In this document: in pieces, positions 19,084 through 28,914 of the stretch | How positions within the stretch are numbered: position 1 is the first letter of the stretch | Layout of the letters: each line of letters opens with the position of its first letter | Origin: a virus | IMG/VR virus record: IMGVR_UViG_3300030329_006012 | Span: 96,001 to 160,000 of that record | Length of the DNA: 64,000 bases | Strand: one strand, 5' to 3' | Program-made: the position numbers and the translations under genes | Notes under the pieces: model-generated | Seen by the model: the letters and a program-made list of their open reading frames with translations, nothing else | Database searches by the model: none | Told to the model about the DNA's origin: nothing

Positions 19084-19918
19084 AATTGTTGAGGCCATCT
19101 TTTCTCTTTTCAGGGGCGTAACTAAGAAAAAAGTATTGACGACTAATCTGGACTACCAGAAGCTTGGTGTTGACATCAACGGACACGAGATGGGCACAAC
19201 TGCCGATTTAAGCGAGGAGGATCTGGAACACGCAAGACATCAGTTTCAGATAGACTTTCAGCCAGAGAAGAATATAATCTGCAATAATCACGAAGTCTCT
19301 ATCGATTGGGAAGATACGCTACTTTGGACGGAGCCTGGTGCGCTGATGTGCAAGTCTAACCAATACAAAACCATCTCCGGAAATCGTGGACAGTCCATTG
19401 ACAAGATTGTGGTTCACTGGGATGGTTGCCTCAACTCCGCACAATGTGCCAAGGTGCTTGGACAGAGAGGGCTCTCGGCGCATTTCTGCATCGACAACGA
19501 CGGCACGATCCACCAGCTGATGGACACAAACCACGTCGGCTGGCATGCCAGAGGTGTCAATTCGAAGAGTATTGGAATCGAGATCTCTAATGCAGTCTTC
19601 ATGAAATATGCCGAAAAATATGATCCACCACGGCCCGTTACACCCGCCAGCACTCTGCACGGAAAACCATTTCCAGAGCATCTCGGCTTCTATGATGTTC
19701 AGGTCGACGCACTCAAGGCGCTATTAAAAACCCTTTGTGGGTTCTATAATGTGCCTTTAGAGTGTCCAAACCAAAATGGCGAACTAATTAAGGGTGTCAT
19801 TAAGGCATCTTCGTTCAAAGGCATCATCTGCCACTATCATGTAACGGAGAACAAGAGCGATCCTGCGTGTCTGGACTTGGCAAAGGTTATCGAGGAGATT
19901 AAAGATGAAACAGATTGA
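19064..19918 (+). CDS. N-acetylmuramoyl-L-alanine amidase (Amidase_2)
   Basis: IVVHW, LSAHFCIDNDGTIHQ, WHA, NSKSIGIEI, IICH, KSDP. Confidence 0.9.
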   Translation: MMKILLEIVEAIFSLFRGVTKKKVLTTNLDYQKLGVDINGHEMGTTADLSEEDLEHARHQFQIDFQPEKNIICNNHEVSIDWEDTLLWTEPGALMCKSNQYKTISGNRGQSIDKIVVHWDGCLNSAQCAKVLGQRGLSAHFCIDNDGTIHQLMDTNHVGWHARGVNSKSIGIEISNAVFMKYAEKYDPPRPVTPASTLHGKPFPEHLGFYDVQVDALKALLKTLCGFYNVPLECPNQNGELIKGVIKASSFKGIICHYHVTENKSDPACLDLAKVIEEIKDETD

Positions 19919-21764
19919 TGAATTGGTAGAAGAAGTGATGAATGAAATCATAGAGGGATACAGTCCAGCCGGCTCGGTAGGACACCCCATCGGCGCATCT
20001 GCATCCGCAAATGGACCCTACACTCCTGATTCCCAGAAATTTAAAGGCATCGATCCCGACGAAGAGGGGATGGAGCGATTCTTGGCCGAGGTAAAGAAAG
20101 ATTTAAAAGTTACCTGGGAAACCCTCCCGCAACCAAGCGTAACAGAATTGCAGTGGGCAGATCCCACAAGTGCTGAGCGAGCCGAACTGGAGGCATTTCT
20201 TAACAAGGTTGCCCCCGGAAAGAATCTTGGCGAAAAGCTAGGAAAGATACAGGACGTCATAGAAAAGGGGTTCACTAAAAAAACGGCCATGTCGACGGTG
20301 CTATCTTACTTGGTGTTCCTGAAGACGCTCACCTACATTATTACTTCCTTTAACAGTGCGAGCGCCGGATTTACTTTTGAATCCTTTCTTGGCGTCTTGC
20401 TCGGAGGAAAGCAGATTCCTGCTGGCGGCAACACCATCGCCGACTACATTGACGGAGAAGGTGAGTTCGTCTCCCTTAAGTTACTAGGAGTCAGAGGTTC
20501 CGAAGGAACGGACAGCGCCTCCACAATTGATGGTTCGTTTACACAACTTATTGACGACCTCTCTGGGAGCAGTGTTCCTGCAGGCGGTAAGATGAAATAT
20601 ATTATTGCCCTCAAGGACTTGCAAGGAGAGGGAGATAAGCTCGGTGGCGTTATAACTGTTTATGAGTTTACATTTAGTCGCGACAATCTTGCTGACTTGA
20701 TGGAGCTTACTCCAAAATCACGAGCAGCTTTTTCCCTGATCAAGCCTGAATACCGCGACCGCTGGAGCGAAGAAGATTACAAGATGGAGTTTGAAGATTG
20801 GCTAGAAAGGGCAGTTGTACAGGATGAGGGCGATGCTCCCGATGAGACAATTGTAGCTGCCGCAATGAGCCGCCTTCTAAACGCCCCCATTGATACCATC
20901 GTCGCTCATCTAGGAGCCCTTGGCCTCGAACTTTCGGATGACATCACGCGCACTCCACCAGAAGGCAAAAGCCTCTACAGTAACGCCAAAAGCAGCAACA
21001 CTGGTGTAAGAGAGACAGCACTAGGCCAAATCCGCAAAGAGTTGGCAGAGGACGATGACTTTATCACAGCGGTCTCTAAATATATCTACGAGAAGGCATA
21101 TACCACCGTGAAGGCCAAGAGAGATTTCGAAGATTGGAAAGGGCTTTCGGCACAAAAGAGGGAGGATCCAAAAACAAACAAGCCAGATCCAAGCTCTGGC
21201 GACTGGTCGCGAGGCAAAAAGCTCGACAAAACGGGCAAGGCAATAAAGGGCGCCCTTACAAGTCTGTGGGACAAGCAAACAGCAGATCTTCCAACTCGCA
21301 AAGATTCAACCGATGCCAAGAAGGGAGAACTAAAGAAAGCCAAAGAAGAGATGATTATGTCTTTTGACGATTCTGTCGCTGAACTAAGTAAATTCCCCAA
21401 AGGCAAAAAAGGCGATGCAGAATACTATGACCATATCAAGAAGTATTCTATGGGCTACGGAGGAAAGGGAGAGCCACAGTTCCAGCTAACGCAGAATGAC
21501 GTGATGACTGGCAGGGCCGGCTCCGGCGTACCAATCGGGAAGCTAACCGTTGGCCGAGAAGCAGTTGAACGCGCCCTCAAGCAATCTGTAAACGATATCA
21601 ACGAGAAAATGTTTGCAGCTTTCAACAAGATGAGTGAGCTCTCCAAGAGCTTGCAAAACTTCTTCTTGAAGGGGCTTCGAAGCAAAGAAGGCACAGACGC
21701 TATCTCCGCCTCAAGGGGAATTGCCAAAGATACCGGCGACCTCATGAAGCAAAAAAACAAATAA
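19905..21764 (+). CDS. Large hypothetical protein, possibly virion-internal
   Basis: 619 aa; acidic propeptide-like N terminus (LVEEVMNEIIEG, FLAE); AGFTFESFLGVLLGG core. Confidence 0.55.
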   Translation: MKQIDELVEEVMNEIIEGYSPAGSVGHPIGASASANGPYTPDSQKFKGIDPDEEGMERFLAEVKKDLKVTWETLPQPSVTELQWADPTSAERAELEAFLNKVAPGKNLGEKLGKIQDVIEKGFTKKTAMSTVLSYLVFLKTLTYIITSFNSASAGFTFESFLGVLLGGKQIPAGGNTIADYIDGEGEFVSLKLLGVRGSEGTDSASTIDGSFTQLIDDLSGSSVPAGGKMKYIIALKDLQGEGDKLGGVITVYEFTFSRDNLADLMELTPKSRAAFSLIKPEYRDRWSEEDYKMEFEDWLERAVVQDEGDAPDETIVAAAMSRLLNAPIDTIVAHLGALGLELSDDITRTPPEGKSLYSNAKSSNTGVRETALGQIRKELAEDDDFITAVSKYIYEKAYTTVKAKRDFEDWKGLSAQKREDPKTNKPDPSSGDWSRGKKLDKTGKAIKGALTSLWDKQTADLPTRKDSTDAKKGELKKAKEEMIMSFDDSVAELSKFPKGKKGDAEYYDHIKKYSMGYGGKGEPQFQLTQNDVMTGRAGSGVPIGKLTVGREAVERALKQSVNDINEKMFAAFNKMSELSKSLQNFFLKGLRSKEGTDAISASRGIAKDTGDLMKQKNK

Positions 21765-21769
21765 AACAC

Positions 21770-21797
21770 TTTACAAATTCCGATAATTGGTTATAAT
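21770..21797 (+). promoter_or_regulatory. sigma70-like promoter for groEL
   Basis: TTTACA-16-TATAAT. Confidence 0.7.
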
Positions 21798-21830
21798 ATA
21801 TATAGGTAACAATTTTTAGCGGGAGTTTCA

Positions 21831-23402
21831 ATGAAGAAATACAATAATGGCAACGACTTAGCCGAAAGAATTCTTTCTGGCGTGAACAAGCTTGCGGACA
21901 ACGTGGCATCAACAATGGGCCCCGGAGGTCGTAATGTTATTTTGCACCAAAAGGGTGGCAACCCCATTATCACCAAAGACGGTGTAACGGTCGCCAAGTT
22001 CGTGGAGTTTGAAGATCCCTTTGAGAACGCGGCCGCGCAAATTATTAAGCAAGCATCCGAAAAAACGAATTCACTCGCCGGCGATGGCACCACCACCGCC
22101 ACTGTTCTGGCACGTGCCATTCTCACTAACGCACAAAAATACTTAAAGGCCGGTTCTAACCCCGTTGACCTTAAGCGAGGCATAGACCAAGCGGTTGAGT
22201 CCGTAGTTGACTCTGTGTCTGAGCAGTCAAGGCCCATCTCCAGCGAGGAAGACATTGCAAACATTGCGACCATTTCTGCCAATGGAGATACTTCCATTGG
22301 AGACTTGGTAGCCAAGGCAGTAGACTTGGTTGGGAAAGATGGGGCCATCACTATACAAGAGGCTCGCTCTCATGAGACCACGCTGGATGTGGTCGAGGGC
22401 TTTAGATTCGACAGCGGGATCTGTGCCAATGCTCTTATCACCGACGAGCGTCGAGGGATATCTAAGCATGAGGATGCACTGGTTCTTGTTACCGACTCTT
22501 CGATTGAAACTGTAGAACAAATTTTCCCACTTCTTGAGGTCGCGGCCAGAGAGAGTCGGCCACTCGTGATTGTTGCAGAGAACGTAGAGGGGCAGGCCCT
22601 TGCCGCACTTATCATGAACGCCGTCCGTGGCACCATGAAGGTGTGTGCAATAAAAGCCCCACGTTATGGCGAAGAGCGCAGAAACATATTGAGCGACTTG
22701 GCCCTGTCCGTCGGTGCCACCTTTGTATGCCGGGAAAGCGGCATGAGACTGCAGGATGCAAACCTTGAACATTTGGGGAGAGCCAAGACCGTAGAGGCAA
22801 GTAAGTATAACACTACGATTGTCGGTGGGAACGGAAACCAAGAAGATATTGATCACCGCATCGGAACCCTAAAATCATCCATGACTGAAGTTGAGGATTT
22901 GCGAGAGTGTGAAAAAATACAAGAAAGAATCACGAGACTCTCCAGCGGCATCGCCATAATCAACGTCGGTGGCGCCACAGAAGTAGAGATGATCGAGAAG
23001 AGGCATCGTATCGAGGATGCCCTATCCGCAGTAGACTCAGCGCAGGTTGAAGGCATCGTTGCCGGCGGCGGAACTGCTTTAGTAAATGCCTCCAGATCTC
23101 TTGACCGCTTGTCATCTCGCAACGAGGATCAGGGACTTGGAATTGAGATAGTCCGCAAAGCTTTAGAGGAGCCATTGCGACAAATGGTCAAGAACTCAGG
23201 CAAGTCTGCAGATGTAGTACTCGAAAAGGTGAAGTCTTTCAAATCTCCCCACAAGGGTTACAACGTCGCCACCTCCAGGTACGAAGATCTGGTATCTACT
23301 GGTGTTCTAGATCCAGCCAAGGTCACAAAAACCGCCCTTCGGAACGCAGCTTCAGCCTCCTCAGTTTTGCTGACAGCCGACTTCGCTATTATCGAAAGTT
23401 AG
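21831..23402 (+). CDS. groEL: Chaperonin GroEL (Cpn60)
   Basis: MGPGGRNV, TKDGVTVAK, AGDGTTTATVLA, LKRGID, KAPRYG, VGGATEVE, IVAGGG, LDPAKV; no GGM tail. Confidence 0.97.
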   Translation: MKKYNNGNDLAERILSGVNKLADNVASTMGPGGRNVILHQKGGNPIITKDGVTVAKFVEFEDPFENAAAQIIKQASEKTNSLAGDGTTTATVLARAILTNAQKYLKAGSNPVDLKRGIDQAVESVVDSVSEQSRPISSEEDIANIATISANGDTSIGDLVAKAVDLVGKDGAITIQEARSHETTLDVVEGFRFDSGICANALITDERRGISKHEDALVLVTDSSIETVEQIFPLLEVAARESRPLVIVAENVEGQALAALIMNAVRGTMKVCAIKAPRYGEERRNILSDLALSVGATFVCRESGMRLQDANLEHLGRAKTVEASKYNTTIVGGNGNQEDIDHRIGTLKSSMTEVEDLRECEKIQERITRLSSGIAIINVGGATEVEMIEKRHRIEDALSAVDSAQVEGIVAGGGTALVNASRSLDRLSSRNEDQGLGIEIVRKALEEPLRQMVKNSGKSADVVLEKVKSFKSPHKGYNVATSRYEDLVSTGVLDPAKVTKTALRNAASASSVLLTADFAIIES

Positions 23403-23445
23403 GCATACAAAATACTACTTACTGTTATGGGTGAGGAAATATATT

Positions 23446-23730
23446 ATGGATGAAAACCAATATCAACTTTTGGCTACCGAAGTTAAAGCTTCTCTTGATG
23501 TCCTTTCTGTAAAGATGGATGATCTAAAAGAAAAACAAGAAGAGGTCGCGGCCATTGTCAATCGAGTAGAGAAGTCCCTCTATGAACCGGATCAGGGATT
23601 ATATGCTCGCGTCCGAGATCTGGAGCAGTGGAAGAAAAACCAATCCAAGATGATGGCAATGGTGGGTACCGCAACTTTATCGATGGTTGTTTATTTTATA
23701 AAAACGGCTATTGAGTATATCGTATCGTAG
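23446..23730 (+). CDS. Coiled-coil protein with a C-terminal TM (XhlA/holin-like architecture)
   Basis: Heptads then LYARVRDLEQW and hydrophobic MMAMVGTATLSMVVYFI. Confidence 0.5.
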   Translation: MDENQYQLLATEVKASLDVLSVKMDDLKEKQEEVAAIVNRVEKSLYEPDQGLYARVRDLEQWKKNQSKMMAMVGTATLSMVVYFIKTAIEYIVS

Positions 23731-23741
23731 GAGAAGATAGA

Positions 23742-24095
23742 GTGGCCGAAGAGACACAGAGAGTATCAATTCGCTATAGTGTAGATCTGGCGGAGGTCCC
23801 CACAAGGGTAAAGATTATGCTTGTGGAGCTGGCCCAGGCTTGCGGTGGACTTTCCAAGTCTATTAGGGAGACCGGCAATATGGCCGAAGAGGATCCACAC
23901 ACGTGCAACCAAAGAATGACGAAGTTGATTAGCGTTTTAGAGAAAATGATAGTGCGCGTAGAAGACTGTCTTGAGATTTCAAACGGATTTCTTCAGTTGA
24001 CAGAGGAGCCAGAGGAAGAGCCCCAGCCTAGTGGTTCGGGCGATTCACCGCCCGTGACTCCATACAAGCAAGTGACGACGCTTGTTAGAAAGTAA
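23742..24095 (+). CDS. Hypothetical protein
   Basis: GTG start after AGGAG; 117 aa. Confidence 0.6.
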   Translation: MAEETQRVSIRYSVDLAEVPTRVKIMLVELAQACGGLSKSIRETGNMAEEDPHTCNQRMTKLISVLEKMIVRVEDCLEISNGFLQLTEEPEEEPQPSGSGDSPPVTPYKQVTTLVRK

Positions 24096-24528
24096 TCTTA
24101 TGCAAATAGAGTGTAATTTTCGAAGTATCCCAAAAACATCTTTTGGAAAGAGCGGCGCCCCTCTCAAGCAGGGAAGATATCTATCCTCGGTATTCAAGGT
24201 AAGTGGCTATGGGGAGAGTAAATGGATTGTGGGGTGTTATTTAGACATTGACTATGAGCCATATCTTAGGAAAATGTCAGAACAAGAATTTATGCAGGGA
24301 TGCGTAGAGTTTTTGAATCAGCCGCCCAAGAGAAAAAGATATGAGAAGAGGAGAAAAACACCCCTCTACGGGACTCTGGAACTCTATGACTACACCTTTC
24401 GTACTAGCGGAGAGGATCGTTTTGTAGAGATTATGCTAATTACTGACGACCCCAATAATGAGAACTTCTGGGGAAAGGGAATTAGCTATGGAGTCCAGAA
24501 GAGAAGCCGCCGCAAAAGAAGGGCTTGA
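24082..24528 (+). CDS. Hypothetical protein
   Basis: 148 aa in the operon chain. Confidence 0.55.
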   Translation: MLESNLMQIECNFRSIPKTSFGKSGAPLKQGRYLSSVFKVSGYGESKWIVGCYLDIDYEPYLRKMSEQEFMQGCVEFLNQPPKRKRYEKRRKTPLYGTLELYDYTFRTSGEDRFVEIMLITDDPNNENFWGKGISYGVQKRSRRKRRA

Positions 24529-24853
24529 GAAAATAAAAACATTCCTCCGCGATAACGGAATTAAGCTCACAATGTCTTCGGGCGAGGAGAACTACCTCGA
24601 TCACGCCGAGGGAGAAATTGTAGTTTCCAGCGCACAATCATCTGAGAACGTCCTCTATACCATACTCCACGAGGTGGGCCACTATTTTCTGGAAACGGAA
24701 TTTTATAGCAATACGCGCATCGGCCTGTTGGTTGCCGAGGTCTTGGCCTGGGATCGGGGGCATGATGTGGCAGCTGTACTACAGATAGATATCCACCATG
24801 AGGCGTGGCAAGCTCTGATGGAGTCTTGCTTGAGCGAATACCTCCAGCAATAA
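24488..24853 (+). CDS. HExxH metallopeptidase-like protein (ImmA/IrrE-like)
   Basis: LYTILHEVGH...EVLAWDRG. Confidence 0.6.
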   Translation: MESRREAAAKEGLEKIKTFLRDNGIKLTMSSGEENYLDHAEGEIVVSSAQSSENVLYTILHEVGHYFLETEFYSNTRIGLLVAEVLAWDRGHDVAAVLQIDIHHEAWQALMESCLSEYLQQ

Positions 24854-24897
24854 ACATCCTCCTTTATATAAAATAATCCACTACTTACTTATGTTAA

Positions 24898-25095
24898 ATG
24901 GAAAACAAGCTATACATCAAGGTGAAGTGCTCCATCTGTCGAGGGCAGAAGCCTCTTTCCTGTGTGTATTGTGATACTTTGGGAGAAACATATATTCAGG
25001 CTTCTGATAAAACCATTATGAGAATATCTAAGGCCATAATACCAGATTATGAAATAGAGAGTTTTTTTAAAGAGGAGCCAGACGACGATGTTTGA
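24898..25095 (+). CDS. Small zinc-finger protein
   Basis: CSICRG...CVYCDTLG (DnaJ-like CxxCxG spacing). Confidence 0.55.
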   Translation: MENKLYIKVKCSICRGQKPLSCVYCDTLGETYIQASDKTIMRISKAIIPDYEIESFFKEEPDDDV

Positions 25096-25381
25096 TGATA
25101 AATATGAAAAAGATGCGCTAATGGATGAAGCCTACAAGGTTTATTCCCAGATCTTATCTTCCGCAATAAGGGATGGATACATCGATGACCCTTTTAAGAT
25201 GGTGAGCCTCTTCCTTGGACTCAACATCGCAGAAAATATCATGTACCAAAAACTTCTGGACAGTGGGTGCACAATTGAGAGCGTTGAACTTTCAAAAAAG
25301 AAAATAACAGATATTAGTCAGAAAATAATCTCTCAAGTGAAGGGAAAAATGATGATTCCGGACCAAGACGGCGACATTTAA
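25088..25381 (+). CDS. Hypothetical protein
   Basis: 97 aa, overlapping chain. Confidence 0.55.
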   Translation: MFDDKYEKDALMDEAYKVYSQILSSAIRDGYIDDPFKMVSLFLGLNIAENIMYQKLLDSGCTIESVELSKKKITDISQKIISQVKGKMMIPDQDGDI

Positions 25382-25390
25382 ACAAATCGC

Positions 25391-25419
25391 TGTACAAACT
25401 TTTGAATTTGTGATATAGT
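25391..25419 (+). promoter_or_regulatory. Possible sigma70-like promoter overlapping a TANTTA motif
   Basis: TGTACA-17-TATAGT with TG; ATAGTTA-N5-ATG overlaps it. Confidence 0.45.
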
Positions 25420-25426
25420 TATATAT

Positions 25427-27358
25427 ATGGCAAGAATTAAATTTTTATTTATTTTATTACTTCTTCCTGCCACAATTTCCTGTCAGGGGTGTGATGAGGA
25501 GTTGGTGCGCGTTTGTCCACCACCTGTTGATTGCATCGTTGACGAAGACGGGAACGTAGAGACCCTCACCTCCATCGTCAAGATGCACACTGACGTTGGC
25601 GAGTGCAACATCGGCCGCACCGAATGTGATGAGGACACCAACCTCGTTTGCGTCGGCTATGTCACTCCCGCACTGGAAGAGTGCAACTCCAAAGACGACG
25701 ACTGTGATGGCCTCATCGACAATGGTATTTCTTGGGACAAAGATGGCGATGGTTTTAATTCTCTCACATCCTGTCTCAATCCTTCTGATTGTGATGACGA
25801 CAATGCGTACATCAATCCAGGACATAATGAGATCTGTGATGGGCTCGACAACAACTGCGACAGCGTGGTAGATGACATCAGCCCCGTGGAGTGCTGGACA
25901 GGCAGCGTAGATGCTATCCTTGACGGAACAACCCCTTGCGAGACTGGCACGATGGAGTGTACCAATGGCACATGGACCAACTGCCAGAACCAAACCCTTG
26001 ACGAACTAGAGCACTGTGATGGCTTAGATAATGATTGCGATGGCACCATTGATGAAGACCCCGTTGAATTATCGACAGCCATCCAGAGGATGTGCGGCTA
26101 TAATGATGTGGGTATCTGTGCTTATGGCACCAAGTATTGTGTCGAGGGAGATGTCAAGTGCTTCGATGCGATTATGCCAGAGAACGAAATCTGCAACAAC
26201 ATCGATGATGACTGCGATGGCTCCAAAGATGAGAATTTATATCAACCATGTGAAAGCATATGCGGAGAAGGCATGGAAGTTTGCCATGCAGGAAGCTGGG
26301 AAAACTGTACAGCACCACTCCCTCAAGTTGAGTTGTGCGATAACATCGACAACGATTGCGACGGAGAGATTGACGAGGGGTGTTTGTGCATCAAGGACGA
26401 TGTTCAGGTATGCCGCGAAGACATTTACGACGCTGACGGCAACCTTGTGAACTGCGGCTATGGCATGCAGGTCTGTGATGAGTGGGGAATCTGGGGGCCA
26501 TGCATCTACCAAGGCATTGAGCCAGAAATTTGCGACAACTGGGACAACGACTGCGATGGCAACATCGATGGTATCGTTTCCATGTGTGGCAACAACCCGA
26601 ACCTCCACGGAATTGGGCAGTGTCAGATGGGCACAACCACCTGCGAAGAAGGTACATGGGGCAACTGCGAAGGCGAAGTTCTCCCCGAAGAAGAGATCTG
26701 TGATCAAATCGATAATGATTGTGACGGAGAGATTGATGAGGAGCTTAACGCTCACGAGAAAGTGGATATGGTTTTTATCATCGACACCTCTGGCTCTATG
26801 TGTCCGTACATCGAGGCACTCCATCAGGGCATCGCTGCATACGTTGCCGACTTCGAGGAAACCGAACACCGCTTCGGACTCATTATACATCCCAGTCAGT
26901 GGCACTCAAATATCCACGGAAACGCCGTACTCATGACATCAGCAGGTATGGTAGACGCTGCAGGACTCTCAAGCCTTCTGGCCGCCCTTGGCTGCAATGG
27001 CGGAGGATGGGAGAGGACGACAGATGTTGTGATGGCAGTTGTTGATCCTGCAAACCCACTTGGAATTCCCTGGAGAAGCGACGCTTATCCTTATGTTATC
27101 AGCATTAGTGACGAAGGTCCACAAACATCTTACAGCAATTACCCTTATGACGTTGGCGCGTTTGCATCTAGTTGTCAAATCGCCGGATGCCAATCAGGAG
27201 ATGAGGTGGAGATTTACTTTATTGACCAGTTGAGCTCGCTTACCTCTTGGATGGATGCAGCGTTTTTTGATCCCGCAAGAACAATAGATATTCACCCGCC
27301 TTCTGGGTCTCGCTATACAGAAATTTTAAGAAATATTTTTCAAGATGTTTGCTTTTAA
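25427..27358 (+). CDS. Secreted/lipoprotein with seven Cys-rich putative metal-binding (MopE-related) repeats and a C-terminal VWA domain
   Basis: Signal peptide ending ATISCQGC; seven ExC(D/N)xxD(N/D)xCD(G/S) repeats; DKDGDGF...DCDD..INPG; DMVFIIDTSGSM MIDAS, ISDEG. Confidence 0.8.
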   Translation: MARIKFLFILLLLPATISCQGCDEELVRVCPPPVDCIVDEDGNVETLTSIVKMHTDVGECNIGRTECDEDTNLVCVGYVTPALEECNSKDDDCDGLIDNGISWDKDGDGFNSLTSCLNPSDCDDDNAYINPGHNEICDGLDNNCDSVVDDISPVECWTGSVDAILDGTTPCETGTMECTNGTWTNCQNQTLDELEHCDGLDNDCDGTIDEDPVELSTAIQRMCGYNDVGICAYGTKYCVEGDVKCFDAIMPENEICNNIDDDCDGSKDENLYQPCESICGEGMEVCHAGSWENCTAPLPQVELCDNIDNDCDGEIDEGCLCIKDDVQVCREDIYDADGNLVNCGYGMQVCDEWGIWGPCIYQGIEPEICDNWDNDCDGNIDGIVSMCGNNPNLHGIGQCQMGTTTCEEGTWGNCEGEVLPEEEICDQIDNDCDGEIDEELNAHEKVDMVFIIDTSGSMCPYIEALHQGIAAYVADFEETEHRFGLIIHPSQWHSNIHGNAVLMTSAGMVDAAGLSSLLAALGCNGGGWERTTDVVMAVVDPANPLGIPWRSDAYPYVISISDEGPQTSYSNYPYDVGAFASSCQIAGCQSGDEVEIYFIDQLSSLTSWMDAAFFDPARTIDIHPPSGSRYTEILRNIFQDVCF

Positions 27359-27407
27359 TATTCAGACAAACCAATACTTTACAGGTTATTCTACTCTAGT
27401 TAGTGAT

Positions 27408-27737
27408 ATGACTAAATTGACCAAAGGAGACCTTGTTTGTTTTGATGGTGATGAGGAGGATTTGCTTCTTGGAGTGGGCCTTGTCATGCAAACAAAGGGT
27501 GATGTGGAGGACTTGGAGTACTTTGAAGACTCAATAAGGGACTTTTATGACGAGGAGGAGTATTGGAAGATATCCCACATTCTCCCGGATGCCCCGATGG
27601 TGCTGGTTTTATGGAGCCGCTCGGCCCCTCAAGAAGAGAGTGATTTTGATCTTTACAATATGGAAAAATTGGGTTATTCTTTTATGTGGGTGTATCCCAC
27701 TGAGGTCAAGGTGATCTCTCGAAGCAAGAAGGATTAG
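27408..27737 (+). CDS. KOW/SH3-like protein
   Basis: LTKGDLVCF...GVGLV...VLVLW...WVYPTEVKVI. Confidence 0.6.
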   Translation: MTKLTKGDLVCFDGDEEDLLLGVGLVMQTKGDVEDLEYFEDSIRDFYDEEEYWKISHILPDAPMVLVLWSRSAPQEESDFDLYNMEKLGYSFMWVYPTEVKVISRSKKD

Positions 27738-27739
27738 AG

Positions 27740-27979
27740 ATGGAAGAGAAGGAACAACAACCGATCATCGAAAGAAAAATGATGAATACTTTACAGCTCA
27801 TGGCCCTCGTGGCTATGTTGTTGACGCTGCTGACGGGCGAAAGCCGCGCTTTTGCAGTGGCAACAGCCATGATGTGCTCTCTTAAGTTGGTATCGATGGT
27901 TATCTATGAAGACTCTAAGGAGGCCATTTTTGCAACCATCTACGCTGGTTTCGCAATTATGTTCTTTTTTAATCTTTGA
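27740..27979 (+). CDS. Small multi-TM membrane protein
   Basis: Three hydrophobic segments in 79 aa. Confidence 0.6.
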   Translation: MEEKEQQPIIERKMMNTLQLMALVAMLLTLLTGESRAFAVATAMMCSLKLVSMVIYEDSKEAIFATIYAGFAIMFFFNL

Positions 27980-27994
27980 GGAGTAATTATCAGT

Positions 27995-28630
27995 ATGATT
28001 AGATCTTTTATTAGAGTTGCGGCATTGTTGTGTATACCGTTTTCTATTCCCGCAAGCAGCACCGAGGTTGGTTCCTTGTGGCAGCCAACCGCAATTTTTC
28101 ACAAACAGATAACCAACAAGACCTGTGCCACCATCCCAGCTAATAAGCTCCACAGGGTGCCCGGATATAAATTTACATATCAGCAGACAGATGATTGTGA
28201 TTATTTCTATCCTTCGCACACTTCTTTGGCAATGCACGTCTTTTATGTGGAGTGGATGAATAAGTTTGGGGACAATGATGGGCTCCTCTTATCAGCCCTC
28301 AACGAACTCATCATTGAGTATGGCACGTATCAGAGGCTGGTTGCTCGCATTTATGGCATGGATGGGGATTTCCGTGCCGGCCAGAGTGTGGTCAACGGTC
28401 TCACCGGCAACCGGGGGAAATATATTTTTGTCTGGATTGGCAAAGGAAGTCATCCTAAGTTGGCTAAAACTTCGTTCGTCCACGAGCTCGTTCACGTCGC
28501 CATCTATGCGGCCAACTTTGGCGAGCATGGGGATCCCGATCATCTTGGAGACAAGTACAAGGGCTGGACACACATGCACACTAAATTTATTGAAGATACT
28601 AACGAAATCCTAAAAAGCATGGATTTATAA
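27995..28630 (+). CDS. Secreted HExxH zinc-metallopeptidase-like protein
   Basis: Signal-like N terminus; FVHELVH...GDPDH. Confidence 0.6.
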   Translation: MIRSFIRVAALLCIPFSIPASSTEVGSLWQPTAIFHKQITNKTCATIPANKLHRVPGYKFTYQQTDDCDYFYPSHTSLAMHVFYVEWMNKFGDNDGLLLSALNELIIEYGTYQRLVARIYGMDGDFRAGQSVVNGLTGNRGKYIFVWIGKGSHPKLAKTSFVHELVHVAIYAANFGEHGDPDHLGDKYKGWTHMHTKFIEDTNEILKSMDL

Positions 28631-28647
28631 ACTAAGGAGACGAGAAA

Positions 28648-28911
28648 ATGCAGAAAAATATTGTCATGGGAGTCAATGCGGCAATGGCGGCTGAAAACTC
28701 ATCTGAAGAAAAGATTACCGTAAGTGCCCATCTTAGAGAGGCATTTAATGCAATGAAGAGCGATATTGAGGCCCTAAAGAGGGAGAACAGCCTGTTTGCT
28801 GCCAAGGTAGAGGAAATGAGGGCCGAAAGCGAAGATCTTAAGGCTAAAATCAATGCCCTCCTTTCAAAGCCGGCCAAGAAATCGAAGGCCAAGAAGAAGG
28901 CAACTAAATAA
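28648..28911 (+). CDS. Coiled-coil protein with a basic tail
   Basis: Heptads and a KPAKKSKAKKKATK tail; SD AAGGAG. Confidence 0.6.
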   Translation: MQKNIVMGVNAAMAAENSSEEKITVSAHLREAFNAMKSDIEALKRENSLFAAKVEEMRAESEDLKAKINALLSKPAKKSKAKKKATK

Positions 28912-28914
28912 ATA

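Noticed and set aside
25600-26760. Periodic nucleotide repeats that could suggest a CRISPR array
   Set aside because: They are degenerate codon-level repeats of the CDxxDNDCDG protein motif within one ORF; no identical 23-50 nt repeats with unique spacers were seen anywhere
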